Assembly: GCA_020849035.1 (NCBI GenBank)
Contig: JADLHC010000130.1
Span: 8,214 to 72,213 of the forward strand
Origin: Planctomycetia bacterium
Lineage (GTDB): Bacteria > Planctomycetota > MHYJ01 > WSZJ01
Direction: 5' to 3'
Length of the DNA stretch: 64,000 nt
The notes below the pieces were generated by a model. It searched no databases. It saw nothing but the letters and a program-made list of their open reading frames with translations, and was not told the origin of the DNA. The position numbers were made by a program, and so were the translations under genes. Below are positions 54,737-63,983 of the stretch, in pieces (positions within the stretch are counted from its first letter, which is position 1; every line of letters starts with the position of its first letter).

Positions 54737-55870
54737 ATGACGCTTCCGTACGAACACGCCGAAGTTCTCGCGCTGAACCTCGTGTCTCGCGGCGAAGGAA
54801 CGCACCCCGTCACCGGCGCGCCGGGAGTGCAGGACGCCGTCGTGCGATTCCCCGCGGAGAAACGCGGCTCCGTCGAGGTGGCGCTTCGCGATGGCGGAAA
54901 GACGGTGCACCGGTTCGTGTTCCATTTCGGCGCCCCCGACGAGGAGATCCCGGCTGCGGAGCCCGCCCGCAAGGAGCCGCCCCTCGACGTCAAGCTCGAG
55001 GAGCTCCGCGGCGCCGTCGCGGCGAACCCCGAGGACGCCGGCGCCTGGAACTCGCTGGGAAGCGCCCTCTTCAATGCCGGCCGCGCGCGCCAATCGGTCG
55101 GGCCGCTGCGGAAGGCCGTGGAGCTCGCGCCGAAGAACCCGTACTACGCGCTCGAGCTCGGCCTCGCGCTGTCGCGGGACCGGAACTACGCCGAGGTCGA
55201 GCGGGTGCTCGAGTCCGTCGTTGCCGCCGACCCGAAGCTGGAGATGTGGCCCTCGCACCCCGGCGTCATCGCGATGGTGAAGCTGGCGCACGCCCGCTGG
55301 AAGCTGGGGAACGCCGCAAAGGCCGTCGCGACGCTCCGTCCCACACTTCCGCTCGTCACCGGGATCCTCCGCGACCTGGGCGCCTACGCGATGGACGCCG
55401 GCCGCCACGCGGAGGCCGTCACGTTCCACTCCGCCGCCGGCAGCCTCGACCCCTCGATGGAGGACGCCCTCCACGGCGCCGGCCGCTCGCTGCTCTGGCT
55501 CGGGCGCGCGAAGGAAGCGGTCCCCTGGCTCGAGAAGGCGACGCGCGCCAAGCCGTCCTGCGACGACGCCTGGTACGACCTCGCCCTCGCCTACGCCCGC
55601 CTCGGCCGCCGCCGCGACGCCCGCGGCGTCCTCCGCCGGCTCCTCCGTCGCAACCCGAGGCACGCCCCTGCCTGGTACGAGCTCGCCTGCCTCGACGCCC
55701 TCGACCGCCACCGCGCCTCCGCCTTCCGCCACCTCACCCGCGCCGCCCGCTGCGGCTGGAACCGCGTCGCCCACGCGCAGGTCGACCCGGACCTCGCCGG
55801 CCTCCGCGAGGACCGGCGGTGGGCCGGGGTTGTGGAGGAGATGCGGAAGGCGGGGCCGCCGCCGAGATGA
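54737..55870 (+). CDS. TPR-repeat protein
   Basis: 377 aa from MTLPYEH with GGGAGGGGA RBS; multiple TPR helices (AWNSLGSALFNAGRARQSVGPLRKAVELAPKNP...). Confidence 0.6.
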   Translation: MTLPYEHAEVLALNLVSRGEGTHPVTGAPGVQDAVVRFPAEKRGSVEVALRDGGKTVHRFVFHFGAPDEEIPAAEPARKEPPLDVKLEELRGAVAANPEDAGAWNSLGSALFNAGRARQSVGPLRKAVELAPKNPYYALELGLALSRDRNYAEVERVLESVVAADPKLEMWPSHPGVIAMVKLAHARWKLGNAAKAVATLRPTLPLVTGILRDLGAYAMDAGRHAEAVTFHSAAGSLDPSMEDALHGAGRSLLWLGRAKEAVPWLEKATRAKPSCDDAWYDLALAYARLGRRRDARGVLRRLLRRNPRHAPAWYELACLDALDRHRASAFRHLTRAARCGWNRVAHAQVDPDLAGLREDRRWAGVVEEMRKAGPPPR

Positions 55871-55994
55871 CGCTGGCGGAGATGTTCGAGCGGGTGAGCG
55901 GCGCAAGGGGGAGCTGCTGGAGGAGCGGGCGGTTCCGGCGGGACTCGGGGCGGCGAGGATGCGGTAGCGGAACGCGGGGGTACGGCTTCGCCGG

Positions 55995-57497
55995 CTATGC
56001 ATCCAGCGCCGGCACGCCGGCCTTCGCGCACGTCGAGCGCATGGACTTGGTGATCTGTCGAATGCTCGCCTCGGCCTTGATGGATCCCAGGACTCCGGTC
56101 CCTTCCGACCATCGCTCGCGGGCCGGTCCCCCGCGGCCCGTGATGGCGAAGACCGCCGCGAGGCCGCAGAGGTGGACGCCCTCGAAATGCCGGTTTCCCG
56201 TGGCGCGATCGAGCTCCAGCGCCTTCTCGTAAGCGCGTTCGGCCTCCCCGGCGCGGCCGGTTTCGAGGTACAGCCCCGCCAGGTTTCCCGTCGTGATCCC
56301 CTCGTTCCTGCGCTGGCCGATCTCGCGATGGATCGCGAGCGACTCCGCGTAGGTTCTCTCGGCGAGCTCGATCCGGCCGGCGTCCTTGAAGCAGCCGGCC
56401 AGCGCGTCCAGCGTCGTGCCTTCGCTGCGGCGGTTCCCGACCTCCCGGTGGATGGCGAGCGCCTGCCGCAGCAGGTGTTCCTCCTCGTCCGGCCGCCCGA
56501 GGTCCCGGGACAGGACCGCGAGGTTCTGCAGGGCCGCCCCCTCGCCCCTCCGGTTGCCCACTTCGCGGTGGATGGCCAGCGCCTGCCTGCCGGTCTGCTC
56601 GGCGAGCTCCGCACGGCCGCTTTCGGAGTACACCGTGGCCAGGTTCCCGATCGCCAGGCCCTCGCTGCGGCGATTGCCGACCTCGCGGTGGATCCGGATG
56701 GCCTCCCGGAAGGTCTCCTCGGCCAGGGCGACGCGCCCCGAGTCCTGGTAGAGGATCGCCAGGTTCCCCAGCACCAGTCCCTCGTTGCGGCGATCGTCGC
56801 TTTCGCGATGAAGCGCGAGCGCCCGGAGGAACGTCCGCTCCGCCGGCTCGGCGCGCCCGGTCTCCAGCTGGGTGATGCCCATCGTCCCCAGGAGCGCGCC
56901 CTCGCTGCGCAGATCCCCCGTTTCGCGGGCGATCTCCCGCGCCTGCTCCAGCAGGCCCTCGGCAAGGTCCATGCGCCCGAGGTGCTGGTGGACGGTGCCG
57001 AGCATCCACAGGGCCGTCATCTCCCCACGCCGCGCGCCCCGCCGCCGATGCACCTCGAGCGCCTCCTCCAGCAACGGCAGCGCCCGCTTCGCCCCCCCGC
57101 GGAGCAGCGCCGCCGACGCGGCACGGACCAGCGCCGTTCCCCGCTCCTCCGGGGCGCAGACCCCCGCCAGTTCCGCCCAGCACGCCTCCTCCTCAGGCCG
57201 GAACGTGCGCTGCGCCACCTCCGCCGCTCGGCGGAGGTAGAGGGGAAGCAGCGCCGGTGCCGCGACGCGGGCGTGCATCGCCAGCTCCAGCGCGAACGGG
57301 TCCGTCGCGTGCCCGTCGACTGCGGACTCCTCTCCCGCTTCCAGCGGCGGCGGCTCCGCCGGGCGCCCCCCGCACACGCCCTCGATCGTCGCCAGGGCCA
57401 GCGCGTGCAGCCGCGCGCGGTCGCCCGGGATCTGGACCTGGTACGCGGCGTCGCGGAGGAGGGCGTGGCGGAAGAGGTAGAGGAGTTCGGCGGACAC
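55995..57497 (-). CDS. TPR-repeat protein, paralog family A (third copy)
   Basis: LYLFRHALLRDAAYQVQIPGDRARLHALALATIE near N-terminus and STCAKAGV C-terminus; many GNRRSEG-type TPR units; start set at GTG 57497 by analogy with paralogs (ORF from ATG 57686 adds 63 unlikely codons). Confidence 0.65.
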   Translation of the reverse strand: MSAELLYLFRHALLRDAAYQVQIPGDRARLHALALATIEGVCGGRPAEPPPLEAGEESAVDGHATDPFALELAMHARVAAPALLPLYLRRAAEVAQRTFRPEEEACWAELAGVCAPEERGTALVRAASAALLRGGAKRALPLLEEALEVHRRRGARRGEMTALWMLGTVHQHLGRMDLAEGLLEQAREIARETGDLRSEGALLGTMGITQLETGRAEPAERTFLRALALHRESDDRRNEGLVLGNLAILYQDSGRVALAEETFREAIRIHREVGNRRSEGLAIGNLATVYSESGRAELAEQTGRQALAIHREVGNRRGEGAALQNLAVLSRDLGRPDEEEHLLRQALAIHREVGNRRSEGTTLDALAGCFKDAGRIELAERTYAESLAIHREIGQRRNEGITTGNLAGLYLETGRAGEAERAYEKALELDRATGNRHFEGVHLCGLAAVFAITGRGGPARERWSEGTGVLGSIKAEASIRQITKSMRSTCAKAGVPALDA

Positions 57498-57699
57498 GCG
57501 TGAAGTGAACCGCGGGTTCCGCCGGATGTCGAGCGGGCGGACCAACGCACCTCCGGAGATGCTCGTCGAGCAGGGGGACCGTGAACCTGTCGCCGGCCTT
57601 GGCGGCCATCCGTTCGACCTCGTTGAAAAGCTCGGTCTCTCCCGCGACGAGCCTCGAACCGCTGTCAGGGGGAGGGATGCCCGCATCGGGGAAAGCGGA

Positions 57700-57870
57700 T
57701 GCTTGAGGGAGCCATTTGTAGTGACTTCTACCCATCTATAATCGGAATTGAGTAGACATCTCCATGAAGTGGCAAGTCCTTCTGCGCGAAGAAGTTAGGA
57801 CAATTGGAGGAGCTGGCTAGCTGCCCGCGTGACCTGGAAGGAAGAAGCTCCGGGAGGAGTAGGGTGGCCG
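57700..57870. other. AT-rich non-coding patch at left edge of defence/TA island
   Basis: ccatttgtagtgacttctacccatctataatcggaattgagtagacatctccatgaagtggcaagtccttctgcgcgaagaagttaggacaattggaggagctggctagc: compositionally foreign relative to 70% GC flank; no ORF >20 codons. Confidence 0.5.
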
Positions 57871-57871
57871 C

Positions 57872-58399
57872 TCAGTCGCGCTGCAGCCCATCGGCGAACC
57901 CCTGCCGGCTGATGTCCTCGCGGTACTTTCTCGTGAAGTGCCTCGCCAGGTCCGGCTGAACTCGCCCGATGGCGGCCAAGATCTCCTCGAGCGAAATCCC
58001 GGCCTCGGACCGGCGTTTCATCCCGAGCACGCGAAACGTGATGTGGTCGGCAGAGCACAACCGGTAAGCGGGCTCGGACGGCTGCGACAGGAGCCAGGCC
58101 AGCGAAGCGGTTTCTCCCGGGTTCATGTCCGGGCGCCAGGCCGCGGGAACGGACTCGATGAGCTGCTGGATCTGCGCGAGGGCGACGCTCACGATCTTCA
58201 CATTGCCGGACGCGACGTCGGGAGCCAGGTCAATCTCGTGGCGATTCCCGTCGGCGTCCTCGTAGAAACGCGCCTCGTCGCGCACCGTCTCGACCATCGT
58301 GATCTCGCCGTGCGAGACCAGGTGCCGCCACGCGCCGCGCCGCCAGACCTCGATGACGACGTCCGCATCAAGGAGAAGGAATCGGAATCGCTTCGCCAT
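57872..58399 (-). CDS. PIN-like / DUF4411-like small protein (putative toxin partner of HTH-ImmA/IrrE)
   Basis: 175 aa; N-terminal FLLLDADVVIEV resembles PIN/DUF4411 acidic start; overlaps upstream HTH-ImmA gene by 32 nt. Confidence 0.45.
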   Translation of the reverse strand: MAKRFRFLLLDADVVIEVWRRGAWRHLVSHGEITMVETVRDEARFYEDADGNRHEIDLAPDVASGNVKIVSVALAQIQQLIESVPAAWRPDMNPGETASLAWLLSQPSEPAYRLCSADHITFRVLGMKRRSEAGISLEEILAAIGRVQPDLARHFTRKYREDISRQGFADGLQRD

Positions 58400-59483
58400 T
58401 CCGTGCGTCCTCAGCGAGGAGGCGCAGGGCCTGCGCCCGGGACGTGTTCGTCATCCGCGCAAAGGTGCCGACGGAAAGCCGGCCGCCCCGGAGGGCATGC
58501 CAGGCGAGCGACTCGAAGCGGGCAGGGAGTTCCGGGGCGGGGGAGTCGTGCCGGAACGCCAGCGAGGGGGTCAGCGCCTTCGCCCTCTCGATCAGCTGCC
58601 GTGTGCCGGGGCCGTCCTCCACCCGGCGGCCATAGACGTAGTGAAGCCTCCAGATCGCCGACTCGACCGACACGTCGAACGAGCGCGCGACGTCGTGAAG
58701 CGCCTCAGGGCCGATGGTGCCGTCGCGGGTGCGCTCATCCACCGCGGTTCGGAAGGCCTCCTCCGGCATGAGCAGCGCCGCCGCGAACGCCGTCGCCAGC
58801 TTCTCTTCGCCGTCCCACGCCTCCGCCGCCGGCGCCGCGCCGTCTCCGTGAAACACATTCCAGGTGAGCAGGTGAAAGAGCTCGTGGGCCAGATCGTGAT
58901 TCCGCCGCCACCGCACGCTGCGCCGGTTCAGGAGGATCGCCGCGCCGACGTCCCCGGAGACATGGGAAGCGGCCGTCCCCTCGGGCTCGAAGTCGAGGTG
59001 GAAGACCTTGATCTTCCAGACTTCTTCGAGGACGCGGAGCAACACAGGGCCCGGGCGATCGCCGAGGGCGAGCGTCCGCCGGACCGTGTGCGCGAGCTCG
59101 GCCGCCCTGCGGTAGTCCCACTCCGCCGCCCGGCCCGCGGCCTGCGGCAACGGCGGCGCCGGCGGTTCCTGTTCGAGGATCTCGAGCCTCCGGTACGTGC
59201 GGCAGAGTTCGAGGAAGCGGCCCTCGACGTCCCGCGCCCCGGCGGCGGGACGCTGGCGCCAGAGGACGAGCGGCTCCGAGGTGATCGGCGTTTCTTCGAG
59301 GAACCAGGCGAAGGGCCGGTGATAGGCCCGGCCGAGCGCCTCCAGTTGCCCCAGGCTGGGCTCGCGCTTTCCCCCCTCGAACTCCGACAGCGAGGACTCG
59401 CCGACGCCCGAGCGCACGGAGGCCTCGGCCTGGGTCAGGCCGGAGCGTTCGCGGGCGGCGCGAAGGCGGTCGGGGAGAGGCAT
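58368..59483 (-). CDS. XRE-family HTH fused to ImmA/IrrE (M78-like) metallopeptidase domain
   Basis: N-terminal LRAARERSGLTQAEASVRSGVGESSLSEFEGGKREPSLGQLEALGRAY (HTH_XRE); HEXXH in HDLAHELFHLL. Confidence 0.8.
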   Translation of the reverse strand: MPLPDRLRAARERSGLTQAEASVRSGVGESSLSEFEGGKREPSLGQLEALGRAYHRPFAWFLEETPITSEPLVLWRQRPAAGARDVEGRFLELCRTYRRLEILEQEPPAPPLPQAAGRAAEWDYRRAAELAHTVRRTLALGDRPGPVLLRVLEEVWKIKVFHLDFEPEGTAASHVSGDVGAAILLNRRSVRWRRNHDLAHELFHLLTWNVFHGDGAAPAAEAWDGEEKLATAFAAALLMPEEAFRTAVDERTRDGTIGPEALHDVARSFDVSVESAIWRLHYVYGRRVEDGPGTRQLIERAKALTPSLAFRHDSPAPELPARFESLAWHALRGGRLSVGTFARMTNTSRAQALRLLAEDARNGEAIPIPSP

Positions 59484-59659
59484 GGCGGCTCCGAAGTTCT
59501 GGATAACAGATGAACATTAACCTATCTTTTGAACAAGTCAAGGCAGTGGCCTTGAAAACCAGAGAAATCTCCTTCGCCTCGCCGCCAGGGACAGGCCGTG
59601 CGGTTCGCGCCCAGTTTGCCTCCGGCTCGCTATCATGTCGCAACGAACCGACACCGCCG

Positions 59660-60655
59660 ATGCCTCTCCCCGCCCCCCTCCTCGACTCCCTCCACAAGCT
59701 CAAGCGCGACACGCGCGGCGGCTGGGGCGACGACACGCGCGGCGGCGCGCCGCACAAGCCGATCCTGCTGCTGGCGGTGATGGATCTCGTGGAAGCGGGG
59801 CTCCTGCGCGAGAACCTCGTCGCGTACGACGAGCGGTTCCTCGAGGTGTTCGACCAGTACTGGACCGCGTGCCGCGGCGACCGGCCGACGAACCCGCTGC
59901 AGCCGTTCTGGTACCTCAAGGGCGACGGCGTCTGGAGCCACGTCCCGCGCCCCGGGCAGAAACTGGTCCTCGACGCGCTCGCCGCCGCCGGCCGCGTCCC
60001 CCCGCTGCGGCGCTTCCGCGACATCGTCGCCGGCGGGCGCCTGAGCCCGGCGCTGTGGGACGCGATGCGGACGCAGGAAGGGCGCGACGAGCTGCGCCGC
60101 GCGCTGCTGGCCCGCTACTTCGGCGACGAACTCCGCGGCCGCCTCGCCGCCCGCCACGGCCTCGTCGTGGAGTCGGTGAAGTGCGAGTCCGCCCTCCGCC
60201 GCCGCCTCGAACAGGAACTCGCCGACCTCTTCGCCGGCGACGGCGCCCTCGGCGAGCAGTTCACCGAGGAGGGCCGCTCCCTCGCCTTCCGCTCCGTCGT
60301 CGTCGCCGCCTACGAGCACACCTGCGCCGTCTGCCGCGCCCGCCTCCGCACCCCGACCGGCCGCAGCGCCGTCCAGGCCGCGCACATCGTCCCGTTCAGC
60401 GTCTGCCGCAACAACGACCCGCGCAACGGCCTCGCGCTCTGCCCGCTGCACCACTGGGCCTTCGACCAGGGGATGCTCGCGGTGACCGACGAGTACGCGG
60501 TGAAGGTGCACCCGTACGCGGAGGAACTGCCGGCGGACGAGGGGTTCCGGGCGCTGAAGGGGCGGGCGCTGCGGCTGCCGGGGGACGCGAGGATGCACCC
60601 GGCGCGGGTGGCGATCGAGTGGCATCGGATGAGGGTGTTCGGGCAGGTCGGATGA
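59660..60655 (+). CDS. HNH_2-type endonuclease with N-terminal putative sensor domain
   Basis: C-terminal CAVCRARL...SAVQAAHIVPFSVCRNNDPRNGLALCPLHHWAFDQGMLAV (His-Asn-His nuclease core); start placed at second Met because first 50 codons lie in AT-rich promoter-like DNA. Confidence 0.7.
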   Translation: MPLPAPLLDSLHKLKRDTRGGWGDDTRGGAPHKPILLLAVMDLVEAGLLRENLVAYDERFLEVFDQYWTACRGDRPTNPLQPFWYLKGDGVWSHVPRPGQKLVLDALAAAGRVPPLRRFRDIVAGGRLSPALWDAMRTQEGRDELRRALLARYFGDELRGRLAARHGLVVESVKCESALRRRLEQELADLFAGDGALGEQFTEEGRSLAFRSVVVAAYEHTCAVCRARLRTPTGRSAVQAAHIVPFSVCRNNDPRNGLALCPLHHWAFDQGMLAVTDEYAVKVHPYAEELPADEGFRALKGRALRLPGDARMHPARVAIEWHRMRVFGQVG

Positions 60656-60694
60656 CGCGAGGAGCCTCGGGAGTCCCCCGCCCCCGATTGCGGC

Positions 60695-60967
60695 CTACGT
60701 GGGCAGCCACAGCACGGCGTTGCGCACGTCCTCCGCCGTGTGGACTGCGAGGAATCGAAGCGTTCTTGCCAGCAGCTCCCGGAATGGCCGCTGCGGCGTC
60801 AGGAGCGCTCGCCCCTGCCGGGTCGCTTCGCGCAGGACATCCACGTCCGCGGCACCGGACAACCGGAGCTGGTTGACGTGCACGGCGTCGAACCCGCGGT
60901 CGCGCAGCGTCTCGGCCAGCAGGGGCCGGGTGTCCTCGTCGAGGAGCAGGCGGACCGGATCGGCCAC
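60695..60967 (-). CDS. DUF5615-family (PIN-like) putative toxin
   Basis: 90 aa, LLDEDTRPLLAETLRDRGFDAVHV typical of DUF5615; GTG start 1 nt from stop of DUF433 gene. Confidence 0.7.
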   Translation of the reverse strand: MADPVRLLLDEDTRPLLAETLRDRGFDAVHVNQLRLSGAADVDVLREATRQGRALLTPQRPFRELLARTLRFLAVHTAEDVRNAVLWLPT

Positions 60968-60968
60968 G

Positions 60969-61250
60969 TCAGACGGAGAGCTTGCGGCGCACCGCGGCCG
61001 GCTGCTGCCTCCGGATCAGCGCGTCGACCTCGCCCTTGTGATCGTGGTAGTACGAAAGCGCGTCGTACACCTGGGCCAGCGACAGGTGCGACCACTCGCG
61101 CACCATCTCCTCCGGCGCCATTCCCTGGCGCAGCACGTACTCGACGACGGAGCGGACGGGGAAGCGCGTCCCACGGATCACGGGTTCCCCCCCGCAGACG
61201 GACTTGCGGCGGGAGACGTAGGGGTGGCTGGGGATGGTGGGGCGAGGCAT
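60969..61250 (-). CDS. DUF433-family putative antitoxin
   Basis: 93 aa; CGGEPVIRGTRFPVRSVVEYVLRQGMAPEEMVREWSHLSLAQVYDALSYY is the canonical DUF433 core. Confidence 0.8.
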   Translation of the reverse strand: MPRPTIPSHPYVSRRKSVCGGEPVIRGTRFPVRSVVEYVLRQGMAPEEMVREWSHLSLAQVYDALSYYHDHKGEVDALIRRQQPAAVRRKLSV

Positions 61251-61361
61251 ATTTCTGATTCTAGCACGCAGCCTTCGAGTGCGGCATGTGCGGTTCGAGA
61301 AGGCGGACAAATGGCCCGCCTCTCTTGATGCACGGCTCTCGAGACTCGTACCATTCCGCCC

Positions 61362-62285
61362 GTGAGGGGCCTCATCGGACTGACCGACTTTGACTGGTAC
61401 ACGCAGCTCGCGGCGACTCCGTCGCTGCCTGAGGTGAACTTCTGGCTCCCGGGCGGCCACGCGAGCGTCAAGATCATCGGCCCCGGCGACCCGTTCTTCT
61501 TCCAGCTCAAGGCGCCGCACAACGCGATCGCGGGGTTCGGGACGTTCGTGCGGTCGTGCCCGGCGACGGCGGCGCAGGCGTGGGACGCGTTCGGCGCGAT
61601 GAACGGCACGCGCTCGCACGCCGAGCTGCTCGAGCGGATCTCGTACTACCGCGCGAAGCACGGCCGGCCGGTACAGCCCGGCGAGGACCCCGAGATCGGG
61701 TGCGTCCTTCTCACGGAGCCCGTCTTCTTCCCGCGCGCCGACTGGGTCCGCCGCCCCGCCGACTGGCCGGCGAACACGGAGCGCTGGAAGTCCTACGACC
61801 TCGCGGCAGGGGAGGGCGCTCGCCTCTGGGCCGACTGCCGCGACCGTGCCAGGGTCGTCCCGATCGTCGCCGAGGAAGCGCCCCGCTACGGCGCCGCGCA
61901 GTTCGTCGAGCCTCGCCTCGGCCAGGGCGCGTTCCGCCTCGCCGTCACCGACGCCTGGCGCCGCGCCTGCGCCGTCACCGAGGAGCACTCGCTCCCCGCC
62001 CTCGAGGCCGCCCACATCCGCCGATACCGCGACGGGGGTCCGCACTCGCTGCGCAACGGCCTCCTCCTCCGCGCCGACATCCACCGCCTGTTCGACCGCG
62101 GCTACGTCTCTGTGGACCCGGACGGCGTGTTCCGAGTGAGCCCGCTCCTCCGGCGCGACTTCAAGAACGGCAAGTCGTACTACCAGCACGATGGGCGACG
62201 ACTCGTGCTCCCAGAGGCAGAGCGTGACCGTCCGGATCCGGCGCTCCTCCGGACTCACTTCGAAGGGGTGTTCAAGCGTGCGTGA
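61362..62285 (+). CDS. HNH_2-type endonuclease with distinct N-terminal beta-rich (PUA/EVE-like?) domain
   Basis: C-terminal EAAHIRRYRDGGPHSLRNGLLLRADIHRLFDRGYVSVDPDG nuclease core, paralogous to 59660-60655 core; N-terminal domain differs. Confidence 0.7.
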   Translation: MRGLIGLTDFDWYTQLAATPSLPEVNFWLPGGHASVKIIGPGDPFFFQLKAPHNAIAGFGTFVRSCPATAAQAWDAFGAMNGTRSHAELLERISYYRAKHGRPVQPGEDPEIGCVLLTEPVFFPRADWVRRPADWPANTERWKSYDLAAGEGARLWADCRDRARVVPIVAEEAPRYGAAQFVEPRLGQGAFRLAVTDAWRRACAVTEEHSLPALEAAHIRRYRDGGPHSLRNGLLLRADIHRLFDRGYVSVDPDGVFRVSPLLRRDFKNGKSYYQHDGRRLVLPEAERDRPDPALLRTHFEGVFKRA

Positions 62286-62373
62286 GGGCTGCGCGTCCAG
62301 GAACTCCCACGGTGGAAGCGCCCATTCATCGTCCTTCCTGACCTGCGTCGGAAGTCGATGACTCGTCAGCCTG

Positions 62374-62868
62374 TCAGCGGGTCGCGCCCAATACGAAGGT
62401 CGCTCTCTCAACCCGCAACATCTCGAAGGGCGTCATGCACTTGACCCTAACTCCGATGCATGCGTTCGGAATCTTGATCTTCTTCGGGGACGGTGCCGCG
62501 ACTTCGTGGGTGACGACTGTGTACCCGTGCGCAAGGGCGTGCGCGACGAGGTAGTAGTCGGCGCGCTGCAGGAAGACGCTGACACCGCTCTGATCGTAGC
62601 CAGCCCCGTTGGCCCAGGTGCTCACCGGCCCCAGCGCCGCAAGCAACGGTGCATCCGGCTTGAGGAAGAAGTTTGCGCCCCTCCTGGCCGCCCAGACTGA
62701 CAGCTCATCGGCGACCGCGGCGAGTTCGTCCGCGACTTTCTCGATGCTGAACACCTGGCCAGCCGCGTTTCTGGCGACCAGCCACTCCCAGAAGGCAGGG
62801 CAGAAGTCCAGACCGTAGTGCAGATTCTTGGCCTGTATGAAGACATCGGAGTCGAGGAGATACGCCAT
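62374..62868 (-). CDS. DUF4411-family protein (putative toxin partner of HTH-ImmA/IrrE)
   Basis: Start at internal Met 62868 (MAYLLDSDVFIQAKNLHYGLDFCPAFWEWL) with TGATG overlap to upstream gene; ...YYLVAHALAHGYTVVTHEVAAPSPKKIKIPNACIGVRVKCMTPFEML matches DUF4411 conserved end. Confidence 0.75.
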   Translation of the reverse strand: MAYLLDSDVFIQAKNLHYGLDFCPAFWEWLVARNAAGQVFSIEKVADELAAVADELSVWAARRGANFFLKPDAPLLAALGPVSTWANGAGYDQSGVSVFLQRADYYLVAHALAHGYTVVTHEVAAPSPKKIKIPNACIGVRVKCMTPFEMLRVERATFVLGATR

Positions 62869-63983
62869 CAGAGCACGCCCAGGCTGCTGCCCAGCTGCCG
62901 GAACGTCGCGAGCTTCGAGAAGCCCAAAAGGCGGAATGCGTCTGTATACAGGGTGAGCCCCTCGAGCGTGTTCACAACCAGCGCTCTCGCGAAGCGCTTG
63001 CTGACTCGCGCTGCCTGCGTCAGGTAGAAGTTCCCGCCGTCGCCCTTCTTGATCGCCTTCAGCCGCGCCAGTTCGTCGAAGTACAACTCCCACATTCTCT
63101 CGCGGGTCAGCCCCCCGGCGTCGTGCATGCGCCGGAGGACGACGAGCGCGCTGACCTTGAAGCGACGAGCAAGTCGGCCGGCCTCATCGAGCGGAGGTGT
63201 CCCCCGGTCGTACTCATTCCGAAGGACCTCGATGGGAACGAGGAGCTCAGCCGCGACCGCGTTGCACCACTTTTCGATGCGATTGTCGGGGTAGGTGACG
63301 GGGCGGACGTTCGATACTCCGGTTTCGCCCAGCCAGATGTGCGCCAACTCGTGGGCGAGCGAGAACATCTGCGCAGATTTCGAGTCCGAGCCGTTGATGA
63401 AGACGAGCGGGGCCACGCCGTCGGCCAGGGCGAACCCGCGAAATTCCTCGGGGTCCAGTTTCCGCGTGTTGTTGCTCCCGACCACCCCGCTCACCATCAC
63501 GAGAACACCAAGCGCGTCCGCCTGGTCGATGAATCGCCGGAGCGCATCAGTCCACGTCGGGAGACCTCGCCGCTCTTCAAGATCCAGCCCGAGCCTGTGG
63601 CGCATGTCCGCCGCGGTTTTCACGACGTCGCTCGTCACCTTCGCCGAGCCTACGAATTGCAGCGGCTTCTCGCCGAGCGACCGTGCAAAGTCCCGATACC
63701 ACTCCTGACGTTGCTGGCACAAGTACAGGGTGTCCAGCAGGTCCGGCGAAGGCCGGTCGATGGGCCGGTGTTCCATGGTCCGGAAATCCGGAATCGGCAG
63801 CGTCTCCACCGGCGGTGCATCGAGAAAGAGGTACCCGATGGGCGCATGAGTGGCCTTCGCGAATGTCTCGAGTTGCCGAAGAGTCGGCTGACTCCGGCCG
63901 AGTTCCCACGCCGGCAAGCCTGGCAGTCGCCCCGCAAGCGCGCCGATCTCCAGCCCGGCCCTTTCCCGGGCCCAGCGGAGCAA
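62868..63983 (-). CDS. XRE-family HTH fused to ImmA/IrrE (M78-like) metallopeptidase domain, second copy (start may lie beyond window end)
   Basis: HEXXH in SLAHELAHIWL; N-terminal LRWARERAGL... parallels 58368-59483; first Met 17 nt from window edge so N-terminus may be truncated. Confidence 0.75.
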   Translation of the reverse strand: MLRWARERAGLEIGALAGRLPGLPAWELGRSQPTLRQLETFAKATHAPIGYLFLDAPPVETLPIPDFRTMEHRPIDRPSPDLLDTLYLCQQRQEWYRDFARSLGEKPLQFVGSAKVTSDVVKTAADMRHRLGLDLEERRGLPTWTDALRRFIDQADALGVLVMVSGVVGSNNTRKLDPEEFRGFALADGVAPLVFINGSDSKSAQMFSLAHELAHIWLGETGVSNVRPVTYPDNRIEKWCNAVAAELLVPIEVLRNEYDRGTPPLDEAGRLARRFKVSALVVLRRMHDAGGLTRERMWELYFDELARLKAIKKGDGGNFYLTQAARVSKRFARALVVNTLEGLTLYTDAFRLLGFSKLATFRQLGSSLGVL

